The notes: generated by a model not told the origin, from the sequence alone. DNA of 51,137 nucleotides from Longimicrobiales bacterium (GCA_035461265.1 DATHVO010000078.1:1-51137), one strand, 5' to 3'; counted from the stretch's first letter, positions 15,759 to 26,151 are shown. A program made the numbers and translations.

Positions 15759-17162
15759 TCAGTCCCGGCCGGGACGCGGCGGCTTCATCCTCTCGGCAAG
15801 GATCCTGAAGTTCGCGGCCGACTCCGGGATCAGCTCGAGATGCCCGGTCCCGACCCGGTCAACGAACAGCAGGCTCATCGGTCCGCCCGGCGCTCCGCCG
15901 TACATCCATTCCTCCGCGTTGGGCCGGCCGGGAATGAGTGCCTGTCCCACCTGCCGCTCCATGATGTAGTCCGGTGGTCCGAGGACGATGTACACCTCTC
16001 CCCTCGGGGTGAGGGACCCGGCACGGCCGCCCTGCCGGAACGCCTCCGCCGCGTCCCGGACGCGATGGAAGAACTCGTCCCGGAAGGGCATGAACCCCGC
16101 GTCGGCCCCGGGATCGCGCCGTTCCCAGAAGGCATCCCACGCTTCCCGCCGCTGGCGCGGGGTCCCGCCCCGAAGCTCGTCCAGTTCCTCGTTGTGGGCG
16201 ATGGGCCGGAGCGTGCGGATCAGGTCATCGAAATCGGTGATGACCCAGCGGTCGTCGATGGTGATGAGCAGCGACGTGGCGACGGGCGGCTCACCGGGAA
16301 CTGCCGCCTCCACGCGGTACAGGCCGGGGAGCAGCACATCGCCGGGCAGAACCACTGTGCCCCACTGCAGGTCCGGCGCAGCCCCCCCCATCTCAACCGT
16401 GCCGCGCCAGATCGTGTCATCCGCCATGTCGATGATGGCGAGCCCCGGCGCAGCCGTTAGGCGGTAGGCTTCGACATATGCGGATGGCGCCGCGCCCCCG
16501 AAACGCGCCGTGCGGCGGGGATCCGGAACGAACGCGGGCGGTTCCTCGCGCGTCGAGCGGCCGGCCGCATCGCCGCCGAGGACTGGCGGCGCGAGGCGGC
16601 GCCCGCCCGCGCCGTAGGCCGGAACCGTCAGCGTGTCCAGCGCATGGACGGAGCGTCCACTGTTCGGGTCGGCAACATTCACGCGGACATTGTACCGCCC
16701 CGGCCTCACGGCGATGGCGTGCTGGAAGGAGACCCGTGCGCCCGGCCGGTTCGTCTCCTCGAAGGACGGTAGCCGCGCCTGCGTGCGCACCGAGCCACGC
16801 GCCGCCACGACGGAGTCGCGATCCATGATGACGATCTCGAGGCTGCCCTCGGCGACGAACTCGTCCCCATCACGCACGAAACGCAGGGCCGTGTTCGGGA
16901 CGGAGACGCCGAGCACCACCCAGGTCGAGTCCCCGGGACCGGCCAGTGTCCACAGGCTCGCGACGGCCGGGAAGTTGGACGGCCCCGTGATGAAACCGAG
17001 CGCGGCGTACGCGGCCATTGCCTGGCCGGGGGCCCCGGCCCCGGACGAACTCCAGTCCCGCGCTTCGCGGGCCGCACAGCCGGCCAGGACGAGGCCTGCA
17101 AAGACAACGAGGGCCACCCCGCGGGTGGCCCTCGTTTCACTGCGCTGCCTGCTGGTGCGCAT
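15759..17162 (-). CDS. GWxTD-domain-like exported protein
   Basis: The C-terminal segment AFWERRDP...FHRVRDAAEAFRQ...PRGEVYIVLGPPDYI matches the GWxTD-domain layout, although the GWxTD tetrad itself is degenerate (GSLTPRG). Lipoprotein-like N-terminus (LAGCAA). Confidence 0.6.
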   Translation of the reverse strand: MRTSRQRSETRATRGVALVVFAGLVLAGCAAREARDWSSSGAGAPGQAMAAYAALGFITGPSNFPAVASLWTLAGPGDSTWVVLGVSVPNTALRFVRDGDEFVAEGSLEIVIMDRDSVVAARGSVRTQARLPSFEETNRPGARVSFQHAIAVRPGRYNVRVNVADPNSGRSVHALDTLTVPAYGAGGRRLAPPVLGGDAAGRSTREEPPAFVPDPRRTARFGGAAPSAYVEAYRLTAAPGLAIIDMADDTIWRGTVEMGGAAPDLQWGTVVLPGDVLLPGLYRVEAAVPGEPPVATSLLITIDDRWVITDFDDLIRTLRPIAHNEELDELRGGTPRQRREAWDAFWERRDPGADAGFMPFRDEFFHRVRDAAEAFRQGGRAGSLTPRGEVYIVLGPPDYIMERQVGQALIPGRPNAEEWMYGGAPGGPMSLLFVDRVGTGHLELIPESAANFRILAERMKPPRPGRD

Positions 17163-17165
17163 GCG

Positions 17166-17864
17166 TCAGGCGGTGGCGCGTCCCGGATCGTGGAGTGCAT
17201 CGACCATCTTCTGGGCCGACTCCTCCATGTCGATGACGAGACGATCGACTCGCGTGACGAAGTAGTTGTGCGCGATGTTCATCGGGATCGCGATTGCGAG
17301 ACCCGTCGCCGTCGTGATCAGGGCGACCTTGATGCCGCCCGCCACCAGTGTCGCCTCCACCTCGCCCGCGGCCTCGATGGCCTGGAACGCCTGGATCATC
17401 CCGATCACCGTACCGAGGAAGCCGAGGAGCGGCGCGACGTTGGACACCGTAGCCAGCCACACCAGACCGCTCTCGAGACCGGCCATCTCGATGAGGCCGA
17501 CGTTCTCGATGGCCTTCATGACCCGCTCCGAACCCTCGTGATGACGCTCCAGGCCGGCCGCCAGAATCCGGCCCGCCGGCGTGTTCGAGTCACGGGAGAG
17601 GGCCAGCGCCTCGTTGATCTTGCGCTGCGCAATCAGCTCGTCCACCTCGCGCAGGAACCGACGCGTCCGCAGCGACTTGGAGCTCAGGTCGAAGAGTTTC
17701 CAAACGATGATGACGAGCCCGATGAGGGCCGCAAGTGCCAGCGGCCACATCATGAAGCCGCCGCCGCTCCAGATGTCGGCGACCTGCTCCGAGAACGTCA
17801 TGTCGGGCGACTCGACGCCGGGAAGCTGCAGGAGTGCGTGTGAGAGGGGGGTCAGACTTCCCAA
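17166..17864 (-). CDS. MotA/TolQ/ExbB-family proton channel protein
   Basis: LATVSNVAPLLGFLGTVIGMIQAF and three TM helices. A TTG start is preceded by GGAGGT. The stop lies 3 nt before the GWxTD gene start. Confidence 0.85.
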   Translation of the reverse strand: MGSLTPLSHALLQLPGVESPDMTFSEQVADIWSGGGFMMWPLALAALIGLVIIVWKLFDLSSKSLRTRRFLREVDELIAQRKINEALALSRDSNTPAGRILAAGLERHHEGSERVMKAIENVGLIEMAGLESGLVWLATVSNVAPLLGFLGTVIGMIQAFQAIEAAGEVEATLVAGGIKVALITTATGLAIAIPMNIAHNYFVTRVDRLVIDMEESAQKMVDALHDPGRATA

Positions 17865-17954
17865 AGTTACCTCCGTTGCGGTGGAGCTGGTCCCGAACCG
17901 TCGTGACGTAAATTGAATACAGGGGAAAAGAACCGACCGAAGTTAGGCGGGCCG

Positions 17955-19130
17955 TCAGGGGGTGTCAAGGTTGGGCGGCGCCCCGTTCGGAGCGCGCCCG
18001 CGAGGCATCCCTTCCCCCCGCTCGGGTCTCGTCCCCACCGCAATGGACGCCTCCTTGATGCACGCGGCGAAATGGCCCGGCGCCTTGAGGGCGAGGGGCG
18101 GTACGACTTCGGCGCAGTCGGCGTCGCGCAACGGGTGCTGGCAGCGGGGGTGGAATGGACAGCCCGTGGGCGGCCGCGTGGGGCTCGGGACATCCCCTCG
18201 CAGGAGAATCCGCTCCCGCGCCGCGCCGGGTTCGGGCACGGGCACGGCGGACAGCAGCGCCCGGGTGTACGGGTGGCGGGGATCGTCGATGACGTCACGG
18301 GCGGTCCCCATCTCGACGATTCTGCCGAGGTACATCACGGCAATCCTGTCGCTCACGTGCTCGACTACGCTGAGGTCGTGGGCGATGAACAGGTAGGCGA
18401 GGCCGAGCTTCTCCTGGAGCGATTCGAGGAGGTTGAGGACCTGCGCCTGGACGGAAACATCCAGTGCCGAGACGGGCTCGTCGCAGACGATGAAGTCGGG
18501 CTCCACGGACAGGGCCCGTGCGATGCCGATACGCTGGCGCTGGCCGCCGCTGAATTCGTGTGGATAGCGGTCGGCGTGGCCGGGTGACAGGCCGACGAGG
18601 TCGAGGAGTTCGCGGACGCGGGCTTCCGCCGCGCGCCCGGTGGCGAGCCGGTGGACCTTGAGGACCTCGCGCAGCATGTCGCCGACGGTCATGCGCGGGT
18701 TCAGTGAGGCGAACGGGTCCTGGAAGACGATCTGGGCGCGTCGCCGCATGCGGCGCAGTTCGCGGCTGTCCATGGCGAAGATGTCCCGCCCCTCGAAGAG
18801 GGCCTGCCCCGCCGTGGGCTCGATGAGACGGAGCAGGGTTCGACCCGCCGTGGTCTTGCCGGACCCCGACTCCCCCACGAGGCCGAGCGTCTCCCCGCCG
18901 TGCAGCCAGAAGGTGATGCCGTCCACGGCACGCACCGCTGCGCGCTCGCGACCGAGAAATCCTCCCCTCACCGGGAAGAACTTCTGCAGGCGGCGCACGT
19001 CGAGGAGCACGTCGGGGGGCGGGCCGGTATCGTCGGGCGTGGCCCCTCCCAGGTCGCTGTTCCCCCGTGGGGGGGGCAGGTCCACGGCAGCCTCGACCTC
19101 CCGCGCGCGGTTCCCTTGGCGTTCGCTCAT
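17955..19130 (-). CDS. Peptide ABC transporter ATP-binding protein (OppF/DppF-like)
   Basis: Walker [10 protein letters not shown], signature FSGGQRQR, Walker B IVCDEP, and an oligopeptide C-terminal domain (HPYTRALL). ATGA overlap with the upstream ATPase. Confidence 0.9.
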   Translation of the reverse strand: MSERQGNRAREVEAAVDLPPPRGNSDLGGATPDDTGPPPDVLLDVRRLQKFFPVRGGFLGRERAAVRAVDGITFWLHGGETLGLVGESGSGKTTAGRTLLRLIEPTAGQALFEGRDIFAMDSRELRRMRRRAQIVFQDPFASLNPRMTVGDMLREVLKVHRLATGRAAEARVRELLDLVGLSPGHADRYPHEFSGGQRQRIGIARALSVEPDFIVCDEPVSALDVSVQAQVLNLLESLQEKLGLAYLFIAHDLSVVEHVSDRIAVMYLGRIVEMGTARDVIDDPRHPYTRALLSAVPVPEPGAARERILLRGDVPSPTRPPTGCPFHPRCQHPLRDADCAEVVPPLALKAPGHFAACIKEASIAVGTRPERGEGMPRGRAPNGAPPNLDTP

Positions 19131-20227
19131 GAGGCCGCCTCCGGCGAATCGGCCGCCGGGTCGTAGGCGCGCCGGGCCGGAACCTCGGCCCGCCGTTGCG
19201 GCTCGTCCTCCAGCCAGCAGCGGGACACGCGGTCCGGGTCGCCGTTCACGGGGAGCAGGTCCGGCTCGGCGGCAATGCAGCGGTCCCACGCCCACGGGCA
19301 GCGGTCGTGGAAGCGGCAGCCGCGGGGCCAGCCGGTGGGGCTCGGCACGCTGCCCGGGATGACGGCAAGCCGCTCCTGCCGGCGGCCGAGGCGCGGCACT
19401 GCGGCGAGGAGCCCCTCCGTGTACGGGTGGCGCGGGTCCCGGAAGATCTGCTGGACGGTGCCGTGCTCGACGATGCGACCGGCATACATGACCAGCACCC
19501 GGTCGCAGACCTCGGCCACGACGCCGAGGTCGTGGGTGATGAGGATCATTGCCATTCCGAGGCGCGACCGCAGCTCGGCCAGCAGGTCCAGGATCTGGGC
19601 CTGGATGGTCACGTCCAGTGCGGTCGTGGGCTCATCCGCGATGAGCAGGTCCGGATCGCAGGCGAGGGCCATGGCGATCATCACGCGCTGCCGCTGGCCG
19701 CCCGAGAGCTGGTGCGGATACACGTCCACCCTCTCCTCGGGGTTCGGGATGCCCACCAGCCGGAGCATGTCCACGGAACGCTGGCGCGCCTCGCGCTTCC
19801 GCACGCGGCGGTGCAGCCGGAGCGTCTCGCCGATCTGGTTGCCCACCGTATAGACCGGATTCAATGACGTCATCGGCTCCTGGAAGATCATGGCGATGTC
19901 GTTGCCCCGGAGGTCGCGGAGCCGGCCTTCCTTCGCCCCGAGCAGTTCCTCGCCCCGGAAGCGTATCGAGCTGCCCGGCATGATCTCCCCGGGCGGGCGC
20001 GGGATGAGCTGCATCACGGACAGGGACGTGACCGACTTCCCGCAGCCGCTCTCCCCGACGATGCCGAGAACTTCGCCCGCGGCGACGTGGAAGGACACGC
20101 CATCGACTGCACGGGCCAGGCCGGCCTCGGTGCGGAAGTACGTCCGCAGGTCGGTGACCTCGAGGAGCGGCGGGTCCGCAGCCGGCAGCGGGGCGGCGGC
20201 ATCCACGCCGCCGTGTTCCGGCATCAT
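19127..20227 (-). CDS. Peptide ABC transporter ATP-binding protein (OppD/DppD-like)
   Basis: [37 protein letters not shown]. True start is MMPEHGG at 20227, with an ATGA overlap with the permease stop. The 715-aa ORF is an artefact. Confidence 0.9.
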   Translation of the reverse strand: MMPEHGGVDAAAPLPAADPPLLEVTDLRTYFRTEAGLARAVDGVSFHVAAGEVLGIVGESGCGKSVTSLSVMQLIPRPPGEIMPGSSIRFRGEELLGAKEGRLRDLRGNDIAMIFQEPMTSLNPVYTVGNQIGETLRLHRRVRKREARQRSVDMLRLVGIPNPEERVDVYPHQLSGGQRQRVMIAMALACDPDLLIADEPTTALDVTIQAQILDLLAELRSRLGMAMILITHDLGVVAEVCDRVLVMYAGRIVEHGTVQQIFRDPRHPYTEGLLAAVPRLGRRQERLAVIPGSVPSPTGWPRGCRFHDRCPWAWDRCIAAEPDLLPVNGDPDRVSRCWLEDEPQRRAEVPARRAYDPAADSPEAAS

Positions 20228-21480
20228 GTCCGCAGCCGCGGGTCGAGGGCGTCCCGGAGGCCATCGCCCACGAGGTTGAACGCCAGCACCACCAGGACGA
20301 TGGTCAGGCCCGGGAACGTTGCCACCCACCACGCACCCAGCAGATTGTCCCGCCCCTCGGCTACCATGCTCCCCCATGTCGGCGTCGGCGCCTGCACGCC
20401 GAGGCCGAGGAAGGACAGGCCGGCCTCCATGACGATGGTGTTGCCGATGCCGAGCGTCGCGGTGACGATGACCGGGGCGAGGACGTTCGGGATGATGTGC
20501 CGCAGCATGATGCGGCCGCGGCTCATGCCCAGGGCGTGGGCCGCGTGGACGAACTCGCGCTCTCTCAGGCTCAGCACGTCCCCCCGCACGATCCGCGTCG
20601 TACCCGGCCACTGTGTGAGGCCGAGAACGAGGATGATGATTGTGAGCGACGGGCCGAACAGGGCGACGATCATGATGAGGAGCACGAGGCGCGGGAACGC
20701 GAGGACCATGTCGGTGAAGCGCATGATCAGCGTATCGACGCGGCCGCCGAAGTAGCCGGCGAGTGCGCCGAGCAGCGTTCCGATCGTGACGCTGATGGCC
20801 GTGGCGATGAAGCCGATGGCGAGGGAGATGCGCGCACCGTAGATGATCCGGCTCAGCACGTCCCGTCCGAAGCGGTCCGTCCCCAGCAGGTACTCGCCGC
20901 GGGGCGAGAGATAGCCGGTGCGCGCGATGTCGTGCTGCGCGATGGGGTCGTACGGCGCCAGCAGCGGCGCGAGCAGCGCCACGAGATAGAGCACGATGAC
21001 GATGGCCAGGCCCGCGATGGCGAGGCGGTTCCGCCGGAACTGGCGCGCGGCGATGGTCCACTGGGAGTCGCCACCCGAGACGACTCGCCGGCGTCGGACG
21101 GACAGGTCCCACAGGGCTCCGCCCCACAGAATGAGCATGAGGCCGGCCAGGGTGGCCAGCGCGACGTGGTTCTCCATGCCGCCGGTCCGCGCGACAACGA
21201 TCCGCTCCCACGCCCACCATGCCAGAGCGAGGAGCACGCCCCATGGGAGGAGGAACGTGATGCCGCGGAGCCACTCGCCCAGCAGCGCGTGGCCCGTCCC
21301 GGGCAGTAGTGCGGAGAGCGCCAGGGCACGCCGCGGGACGTGTGGCGCCACGGGTTCCGACGACGCCACGCTGGACTCGTCACCCGGGACGCCGGCTTCC
21401 ACGCCCGTGGGTACGGGCAGCGTCGGCGCGGACTCCGGGTCCGGCAGGTTGGCGCGGCGGTCGTCGTATGGCGTGCCCAT
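20224..21480 (-). CDS. Peptide ABC transporter permease (DppC/OppC-like) with an N-terminal extension of ~135 aa
   Basis: Canonical core from [14 protein letters not shown] onward, including the EAA-loop region. Preceded by additional TM helices ([24 protein letters not shown]). Confidence 0.85.
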   Translation of the reverse strand: MGTPYDDRRANLPDPESAPTLPVPTGVEAGVPGDESSVASSEPVAPHVPRRALALSALLPGTGHALLGEWLRGITFLLPWGVLLALAWWAWERIVVARTGGMENHVALATLAGLMLILWGGALWDLSVRRRRVVSGGDSQWTIAARQFRRNRLAIAGLAIVIVLYLVALLAPLLAPYDPIAQHDIARTGYLSPRGEYLLGTDRFGRDVLSRIIYGARISLAIGFIATAISVTIGTLLGALAGYFGGRVDTLIMRFTDMVLAFPRLVLLIMIVALFGPSLTIIILVLGLTQWPGTTRIVRGDVLSLREREFVHAAHALGMSRGRIMLRHIIPNVLAPVIVTATLGIGNTIVMEAGLSFLGLGVQAPTPTWGSMVAEGRDNLLGAWWVATFPGLTIVLVVLAFNLVGDGLRDALDPRLRT

Positions 21481-22464
21481 TCAGTCGTACCGTATGCGCG
21501 GGTCGGCCACGGCGTACAGGACGTCCGCGATGAGGTTGCCAATGACCACGATGACGGCGAAGACGAAGCTGGTGGCCATCACCAGCGGGTAGTCCCGCTG
21601 GAAGATCGCGTCGAAGATCACCCGTCCCATCCCCGGCCATGCAAAGATCACCTCGATGAACACCGCGCCGCTGAACAGGAACGGCAGGTACAGTCCGAGC
21701 AGCGTGATGACGGGGAGCAGCGAGTTCCGGAGCGCGTGCTTCATGATGACGGTCCGCTCCGGGAGACCCTTCGCGCGGGCTGTGCGTATGTAGTCCTGCC
21801 GGATGACTTCCAGCATCTGCCCCCGCGTGTACCGGGCGACACCTGCGGCCAGGGCGAGAGTGAGCGTGCCGACGGGCAGGACGAGGTGCGAAATCCGGTC
21901 CCACGCCTTCTCGCCGGCGGTCATGAACTCGTAGTCCACGCTGGTGATCCCGGTGGGCGGCAGCGCGATGGGCCAGCCCCACTGGTGAGCCTTCAGCGAG
22001 AAGACGAGCATCAGCATGAGGGCGAGCCAGAAGGACGGCATGGAGTAGAAGAACAGGGACACCACGCTGGAAACGCTGTCGAAGGCGGAGTACTGGCGGA
22101 CGGCCTGGACCACGCCGATGAGGATGCCGAAGACGAACACGAGGACCAGGGCGGTGCCCGTGAGCATGAGCGTGTTGGGAAGCGCCTCGAGGAGGATGTC
22201 CCTCACCGGCCTGCTCTGGGCGAACGAGTGGCCGAAGTCTCCGGTGAAGAAGGACGTCATCCAGCGGACGTACTGGATGTGGAGTGGCTGATCGAGGCCG
22301 AGATTGCGCCGGAGCTGTTCGATGACGTCCGGCGGTATGTTCGGGTTGAAGTAGAACGTGGTCGGGTCACCGGGCGCCAGCCGGATGACGAAGAAGATGA
22401 TGGTCGCGATGCCGAGGAGCAGCGGTATCGCGCCCAGCAGCCGTCGGAGGATGAATGCGCCCAT
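21481..22464 (-). CDS. Peptide ABC transporter permease (DppB/OppB-like)
   Basis: MGAFILRRLLGAIPLLLGIATIIFFVIRLAPGDP is the hallmark N-terminus of this family. Confidence 0.9.
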   Translation of the reverse strand: MGAFILRRLLGAIPLLLGIATIIFFVIRLAPGDPTTFYFNPNIPPDVIEQLRRNLGLDQPLHIQYVRWMTSFFTGDFGHSFAQSRPVRDILLEALPNTLMLTGTALVLVFVFGILIGVVQAVRQYSAFDSVSSVVSLFFYSMPSFWLALMLMLVFSLKAHQWGWPIALPPTGITSVDYEFMTAGEKAWDRISHLVLPVGTLTLALAAGVARYTRGQMLEVIRQDYIRTARAKGLPERTVIMKHALRNSLLPVITLLGLYLPFLFSGAVFIEVIFAWPGMGRVIFDAIFQRDYPLVMATSFVFAVIVVIGNLIADVLYAVADPRIRYD

Positions 22465-22471
22465 GCGCGTG

Positions 22472-24106
22472 TCAGCCGTCCACGGTCCACTCGGCGATGG
22501 AACGGAAGTCGCCGCGCGGGTCCATCTCCACGCCGTACACGCTGGACCGGGTCGCCGCGAGCTCGTTCAGCCAGAACATGAACGTGACGGGCTGGTCCTG
22601 CCTGAGGAGGACAGTCAACTCGCGCCATGCCGCCCGCTGGCCGTCCTCGTCCACGGCACGGGCGCCACGCTCGATCGCCGCGTCGATGCGAGGGTCGCGG
22701 ACGGTGCTGCGGTTCGGCGACTGCTCGATGTCCGCCTGGCTGGAGTGCAGCAGGGAGTAGGGCGCCGATGCCACCCGGAAGTTGTCGAGCACCCAGTTCG
22801 TGAAGACCGCGTCGAAATCGCGGCTCCGGTGGCTCTGCAGCATGGTCTGGAATTCCATGACGCGGATCTGCACGTCGGCGCCCACCCGCCGGAACTGGCT
22901 CTGGAGGACCTCGACGACGGACCGGCGGAGCGGATCATCGCTGGCGAGCAGCGTGAATGACAGGCGCTGCCCCTGCGCGTTCTCACGGATGCCATCGCCG
23001 TCGCGGTCCGTCCAGCCGGCCTGCTCCAGGAGGGCGGCGGCCTGGTCGAGGTCCCATGGCAGGGGCTCGACGTCACCGGGGTGGAGGCGGTGCCACGGTG
23101 GTATCGTGCTCGTGGCCACCGCACCCTCTCCGTGGAGGAGCGCGTCCACGATCTCCTGCCTGTTCACTGCGTGCGCCAGCGCGCGGCGCACGCGTGCGTC
23201 ATCGAAGGGCGGGCGGACGTTGTTCCATCCTATGTAGTAGACCGTGCGACCCGCGTACGCGTGGAGGTCGACGTCCGCGTGGCTGCGGATCTGGCCCGCC
23301 TGGTCGGGCAGGACGGGCACGTCCACGTGGATACGGCCGGTGAACAGCTCCGTGAGCATCGTCGCCGCCTCGGGGATGACGCGGAACACGATGCGCGCCG
23401 CCGCTGCGGGACCTCCGAGGCCGTCGGGAAAAGTCGGGTTCCGCTCCAGTGTGAGCTGCTCGTTCGACCGCCACGCCACGAAGCGGAAGGGTCCGCTGCC
23501 CACGGGCCGGCGGTTGAACTCCGCATTGCGGAGCTCGGCAGCCGGGACTTCGTGGAGCAGGTGCCGTGGCGCCGGCGCCCACCAGAAATCGTCCAGTGCC
23601 TGCGCGTGAGCGCGGACGAACCGGAAGACGATCGTGTAGTCGTCCACGACCCGTGCGCTCTCCACATCCGGGAGGAACGCGGTGCCGAGGAGGGAGGCCG
23701 CATCGGGGTTCTTGGCGGTGTTGAACGTGAACTCCACGTCGTGCGCCGTCACCGGCTCGCCGTCGTGCCACCGGACATCCTGCCGCAGGTGGAAGACGAT
23801 GGCCGTGTCCTCCTGGATCTCCCACGACTCGGCGAGGTACGGCCGGATCTCCAGGTTTTCATCGTACTGGACCAGGGGCGTGAAGAGGGCGTAGTTCACG
23901 AGCTCGACGTCATAGCTCGCGGAGCTGGTGAGGGGGTTGAAGCCGCCGAAATCGGAGCGGACTCCGACGACGACGGTGCCACCGCGTCCTTCCTGGTCAC
24001 CCGCCGTGCACGCCGCGACGGTCATGCACAGCGCCGCCAGCAGGGCGGCGCCGGGCCGGCTCTTCGCGAGAACGTTGGACGGCGGGGTTGATGGGGGCCG
24101 GGTCAT
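22472..24106 (-). CDS. ABC transporter substrate-binding protein, family 5 (peptide/nickel)
   Basis: Lipoprotein-like signal (LCMTVAACTAG), family-5 SBP size and motifs, and first position in the transporter operon. Confidence 0.9.
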   Translation of the reverse strand: MTRPPSTPPSNVLAKSRPGAALLAALCMTVAACTAGDQEGRGGTVVVGVRSDFGGFNPLTSSASYDVELVNYALFTPLVQYDENLEIRPYLAESWEIQEDTAIVFHLRQDVRWHDGEPVTAHDVEFTFNTAKNPDAASLLGTAFLPDVESARVVDDYTIVFRFVRAHAQALDDFWWAPAPRHLLHEVPAAELRNAEFNRRPVGSGPFRFVAWRSNEQLTLERNPTFPDGLGGPAAAARIVFRVIPEAATMLTELFTGRIHVDVPVLPDQAGQIRSHADVDLHAYAGRTVYYIGWNNVRPPFDDARVRRALAHAVNRQEIVDALLHGEGAVATSTIPPWHRLHPGDVEPLPWDLDQAAALLEQAGWTDRDGDGIRENAQGQRLSFTLLASDDPLRRSVVEVLQSQFRRVGADVQIRVMEFQTMLQSHRSRDFDAVFTNWVLDNFRVASAPYSLLHSSQADIEQSPNRSTVRDPRIDAAIERGARAVDEDGQRAAWRELTVLLRQDQPVTFMFWLNELAATRSSVYGVEMDPRGDFRSIAEWTVDG

Positions 24107-24145
24107 GCACGCCTCCGCAGGGTTCCAGTCGGCGGCCGCGACGGG

Positions 24146-24913
24146 CTACCGGCGCCAGGTCCAGGCGGCGTCGCGGTACGTCGCCTCCAGCGCTTCCGCG
24201 CGGACGGCCTCTTCGTGATTCAGCGCGTCGGGCGCAAGACGGGTGCCCAACGTCCTGCCGAAACCGGAAGTCAGGGCAGCCACCATCTCGTCCCAGCCCG
24301 GGACCGCCCCCAGGATCTCCTCCATCGTCACGGACCCGGCTACCTGTTCCGGGCCGGCCGGCGCTGGTCCGCCCCGGAGCAGGCCGAGGACGGTGGACTG
24401 ACTGCCGGCCAGCAGGATGGAACCGTGCTGGAGCAGCGTGGCCCCCTCGCAGCGCTGCGCGCTCCCCACCAGCTTGCGCCCGCCCGCCACGACCTCGCCA
24501 TCCGCCGGCGCATGGAAGCAGGGCTCCGCCGCGGCCCGGCGCGGGTCGCGTCCGGCGCCGCCGGCGGCCAGTCCGGCGGGCACGCCGAGGCGCCGCAGGC
24601 CGTCCACGAGCGCGCCGTTGATCGCGCGGTAGGCAGCCCTCGGCCCGCCGAGAACGCTGACGGGCGCCAGCACGCAGTACGTTAGTTCGAGGTGGTGCAG
24701 GACGGCGAGCCCCCCCGTGGGGCGCCGGACGATGTCGATCCCGGTCTCCCTCAGCCGCGCCTCGTCATAGAGACCCCGGGCGTGCTGATTCCGGCCCAGT
24801 GACAGGCACGCCGGGTCCCAGCGATAGAGCCGCAGGACGGGCCGGCCACCCGCCTGCACCGACTCGAGGAGCGCGTGGTCCACGGCCATGTTCCGGACGC
24901 CCGGGGCCGGCAC
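24146..24913 (-). CDS. Lipoate-protein ligase / octanoyltransferase family protein (BPL_LplA_LipB catalytic domain only)
   Basis: NMAVDHALLESV...LRLYRWDPACLSLGRNQ and GRKLVGSAQR (catalytic Lys region). At 255 aa, it has no LplA C-terminal domain. Confidence 0.8.
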   Translation of the reverse strand: MPAPGVRNMAVDHALLESVQAGGRPVLRLYRWDPACLSLGRNQHARGLYDEARLRETGIDIVRRPTGGLAVLHHLELTYCVLAPVSVLGGPRAAYRAINGALVDGLRRLGVPAGLAAGGAGRDPRRAAAEPCFHAPADGEVVAGGRKLVGSAQRCEGATLLQHGSILLAGSQSTVLGLLRGGPAPAGPEQVAGSVTMEEILGAVPGWDEMVAALTSGFGRTLGTRLAPDALNHEEAVRAEALEATYRDAAWTWRR

Positions 24914-24965
24914 CAGGCCGGTCCCGGTGCCGGCCCCGAGGACCAGCCGCCACCCGGGTACGCCG

Positions 24966-25652
24966 TCAGAACTCGTAGCTCTGGCCAGGCTTCAGCACGA
25001 CGACATCGGCAGCCCCGCCCACCAGGGCACGGAACTCCTCCGGGTCCTGCGCGATCAGGTCCCACGTGTCGTAGTGCATGGGGATGACGACGCCCGGCTC
25101 GATGAAGCCCACCGCCCTCGCCGCGTCGCCCGGACCCATGGTGAAGTTGTCGCCGATGGGCAGCAGTGCAACGTCGACCTGCCCCTTCAGGAGCTGCATC
25201 TCCATGATGAGGGCGGTATCGCCGGCGTGGTACAGGCGCTTGCCGTTCATGTCGATGAGGAAGCCGTGCGCCAGCGTCGTGTACCGTCCCTCGTCATCCC
25301 CGTCCACGGTGCCGCTGTGAACGGCGGGAGTGAGCTTGAGGTAGCCGAAGTCGAAGTGGTGGCCACCGCCGACGTTCATGCCGTGGGCGTGCTCCACTCC
25401 CTTCGACTGGGCGAACGCCACCAGCTCGAAGGTGCCCACCAGCGTGGCGCCCGTCCGGCGGCACACTTCGATGGCGTCGGCGAAATGGTCGAAGTGGCCG
25501 TGGGAGCAGAGCACGTAGTCGAGGTCGGCCACATCCTCGACCGTGATGTCCGATTTCGGGTTGTCGTTCAGGAACGGATCGAAAAGGACCCGCCTGCCAC
25601 TGTCGGTTTCGAGCGTGAACGTGGCGTGGCCATGCCATGTGAGACGGGCCAT
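24966..25652 (-). CDS. UPF0173-type metal-dependent hydrolase (MBL fold)
   Basis: MARLTWHGHATFTLE...LFDPFL...CSHGHFDHF is characteristic of this family. Confidence 0.85.
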   Translation of the reverse strand: MARLTWHGHATFTLETDSGRRVLFDPFLNDNPKSDITVEDVADLDYVLCSHGHFDHFADAIEVCRRTGATLVGTFELVAFAQSKGVEHAHGMNVGGGHHFDFGYLKLTPAVHSGTVDGDDEGRYTTLAHGFLIDMNGKRLYHAGDTALIMEMQLLKGQVDVALLPIGDNFTMGPGDAARAVGFIEPGVVIPMHYDTWDLIAQDPEEFRALVGGAADVVVLKPGQSYEF

Positions 25653-25668
25653 GCTCGCCTCCTGCGGC

Positions 25669-26058
25669 TCAGGTGCCGATGATCTTCTCGTACTCCGCGG
25701 CGCCGAGCAGCGTGTCCAGCTCGCTCTCCTCCGTGACCCTCATCTTCAGCATCCAGCCCGCGCCGTAGGGGTCGCTGTTGACCTGGCCCGGGTCGTCGGC
25801 AAGGGATGTGTTGACCTCCACGACCTCGCCCGTGACCGGGCAGTACAGGTCGCTCACCGCCTTGACCGCCTCGACCGTGCCGAATACGTCCATCCGCGCA
25901 AAGGACTGGCCCACACCCGGCAGCTCGACGTACACGACGTCGCCCAGCTCGCCCTGGGCGTAGTCCGTGATCCCCACCAGGTACACGCCATCCTCGTCGG
26001 TCTTCTTCACGTACTCGTGCTCTTCGGTGTAGAGGAGATCTCCCGGTACGTCTGCCAT
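25669..26058 (-). CDS. gcvH: Glycine cleavage system H protein (lipoyl carrier)
   Basis: YTEEHEYV, and VEAVKAVSDLYCPVTGEV containing the lipoyl-Lys. A GGAGG lies 4 nt upstream of the ATG. Confidence 0.95.
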   Translation of the reverse strand: MADVPGDLLYTEEHEYVKKTDEDGVYLVGITDYAQGELGDVVYVELPGVGQSFARMDVFGTVEAVKAVSDLYCPVTGEVVEVNTSLADDPGQVNSDPYGAGWMLKMRVTEESELDTLLGAAEYEKIIGT

Positions 26059-26122
26059 GGCGCCTCCTGAGACGCTCGCGGGTCACGTGTCACGCAGATC
26101 GGCGGGTCTCGCCGCGGGGCTC

Positions 26123-26151
26123 AGAATAGACGGGGCGCACGGGAGCGTCAA
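26123..26151 (-). promoter_or_regulatory. Putative sigma70-type promoter of gcvH
   Basis: On the minus strand, TTGACG, a 17 nt spacer, then TATTCT, about 65 nt upstream of the gcvH ATG. Confidence 0.45.

Noticed and set aside
19127-21274. A 715-aa ORF suggesting a permease-ATPase fusion.
   Set aside because: The N-terminal half is an out-of-frame overlap of the real DppC-like permease (20224..21480). The ATPase starts at MMPEHGG (20227), with an ATGA overlap.
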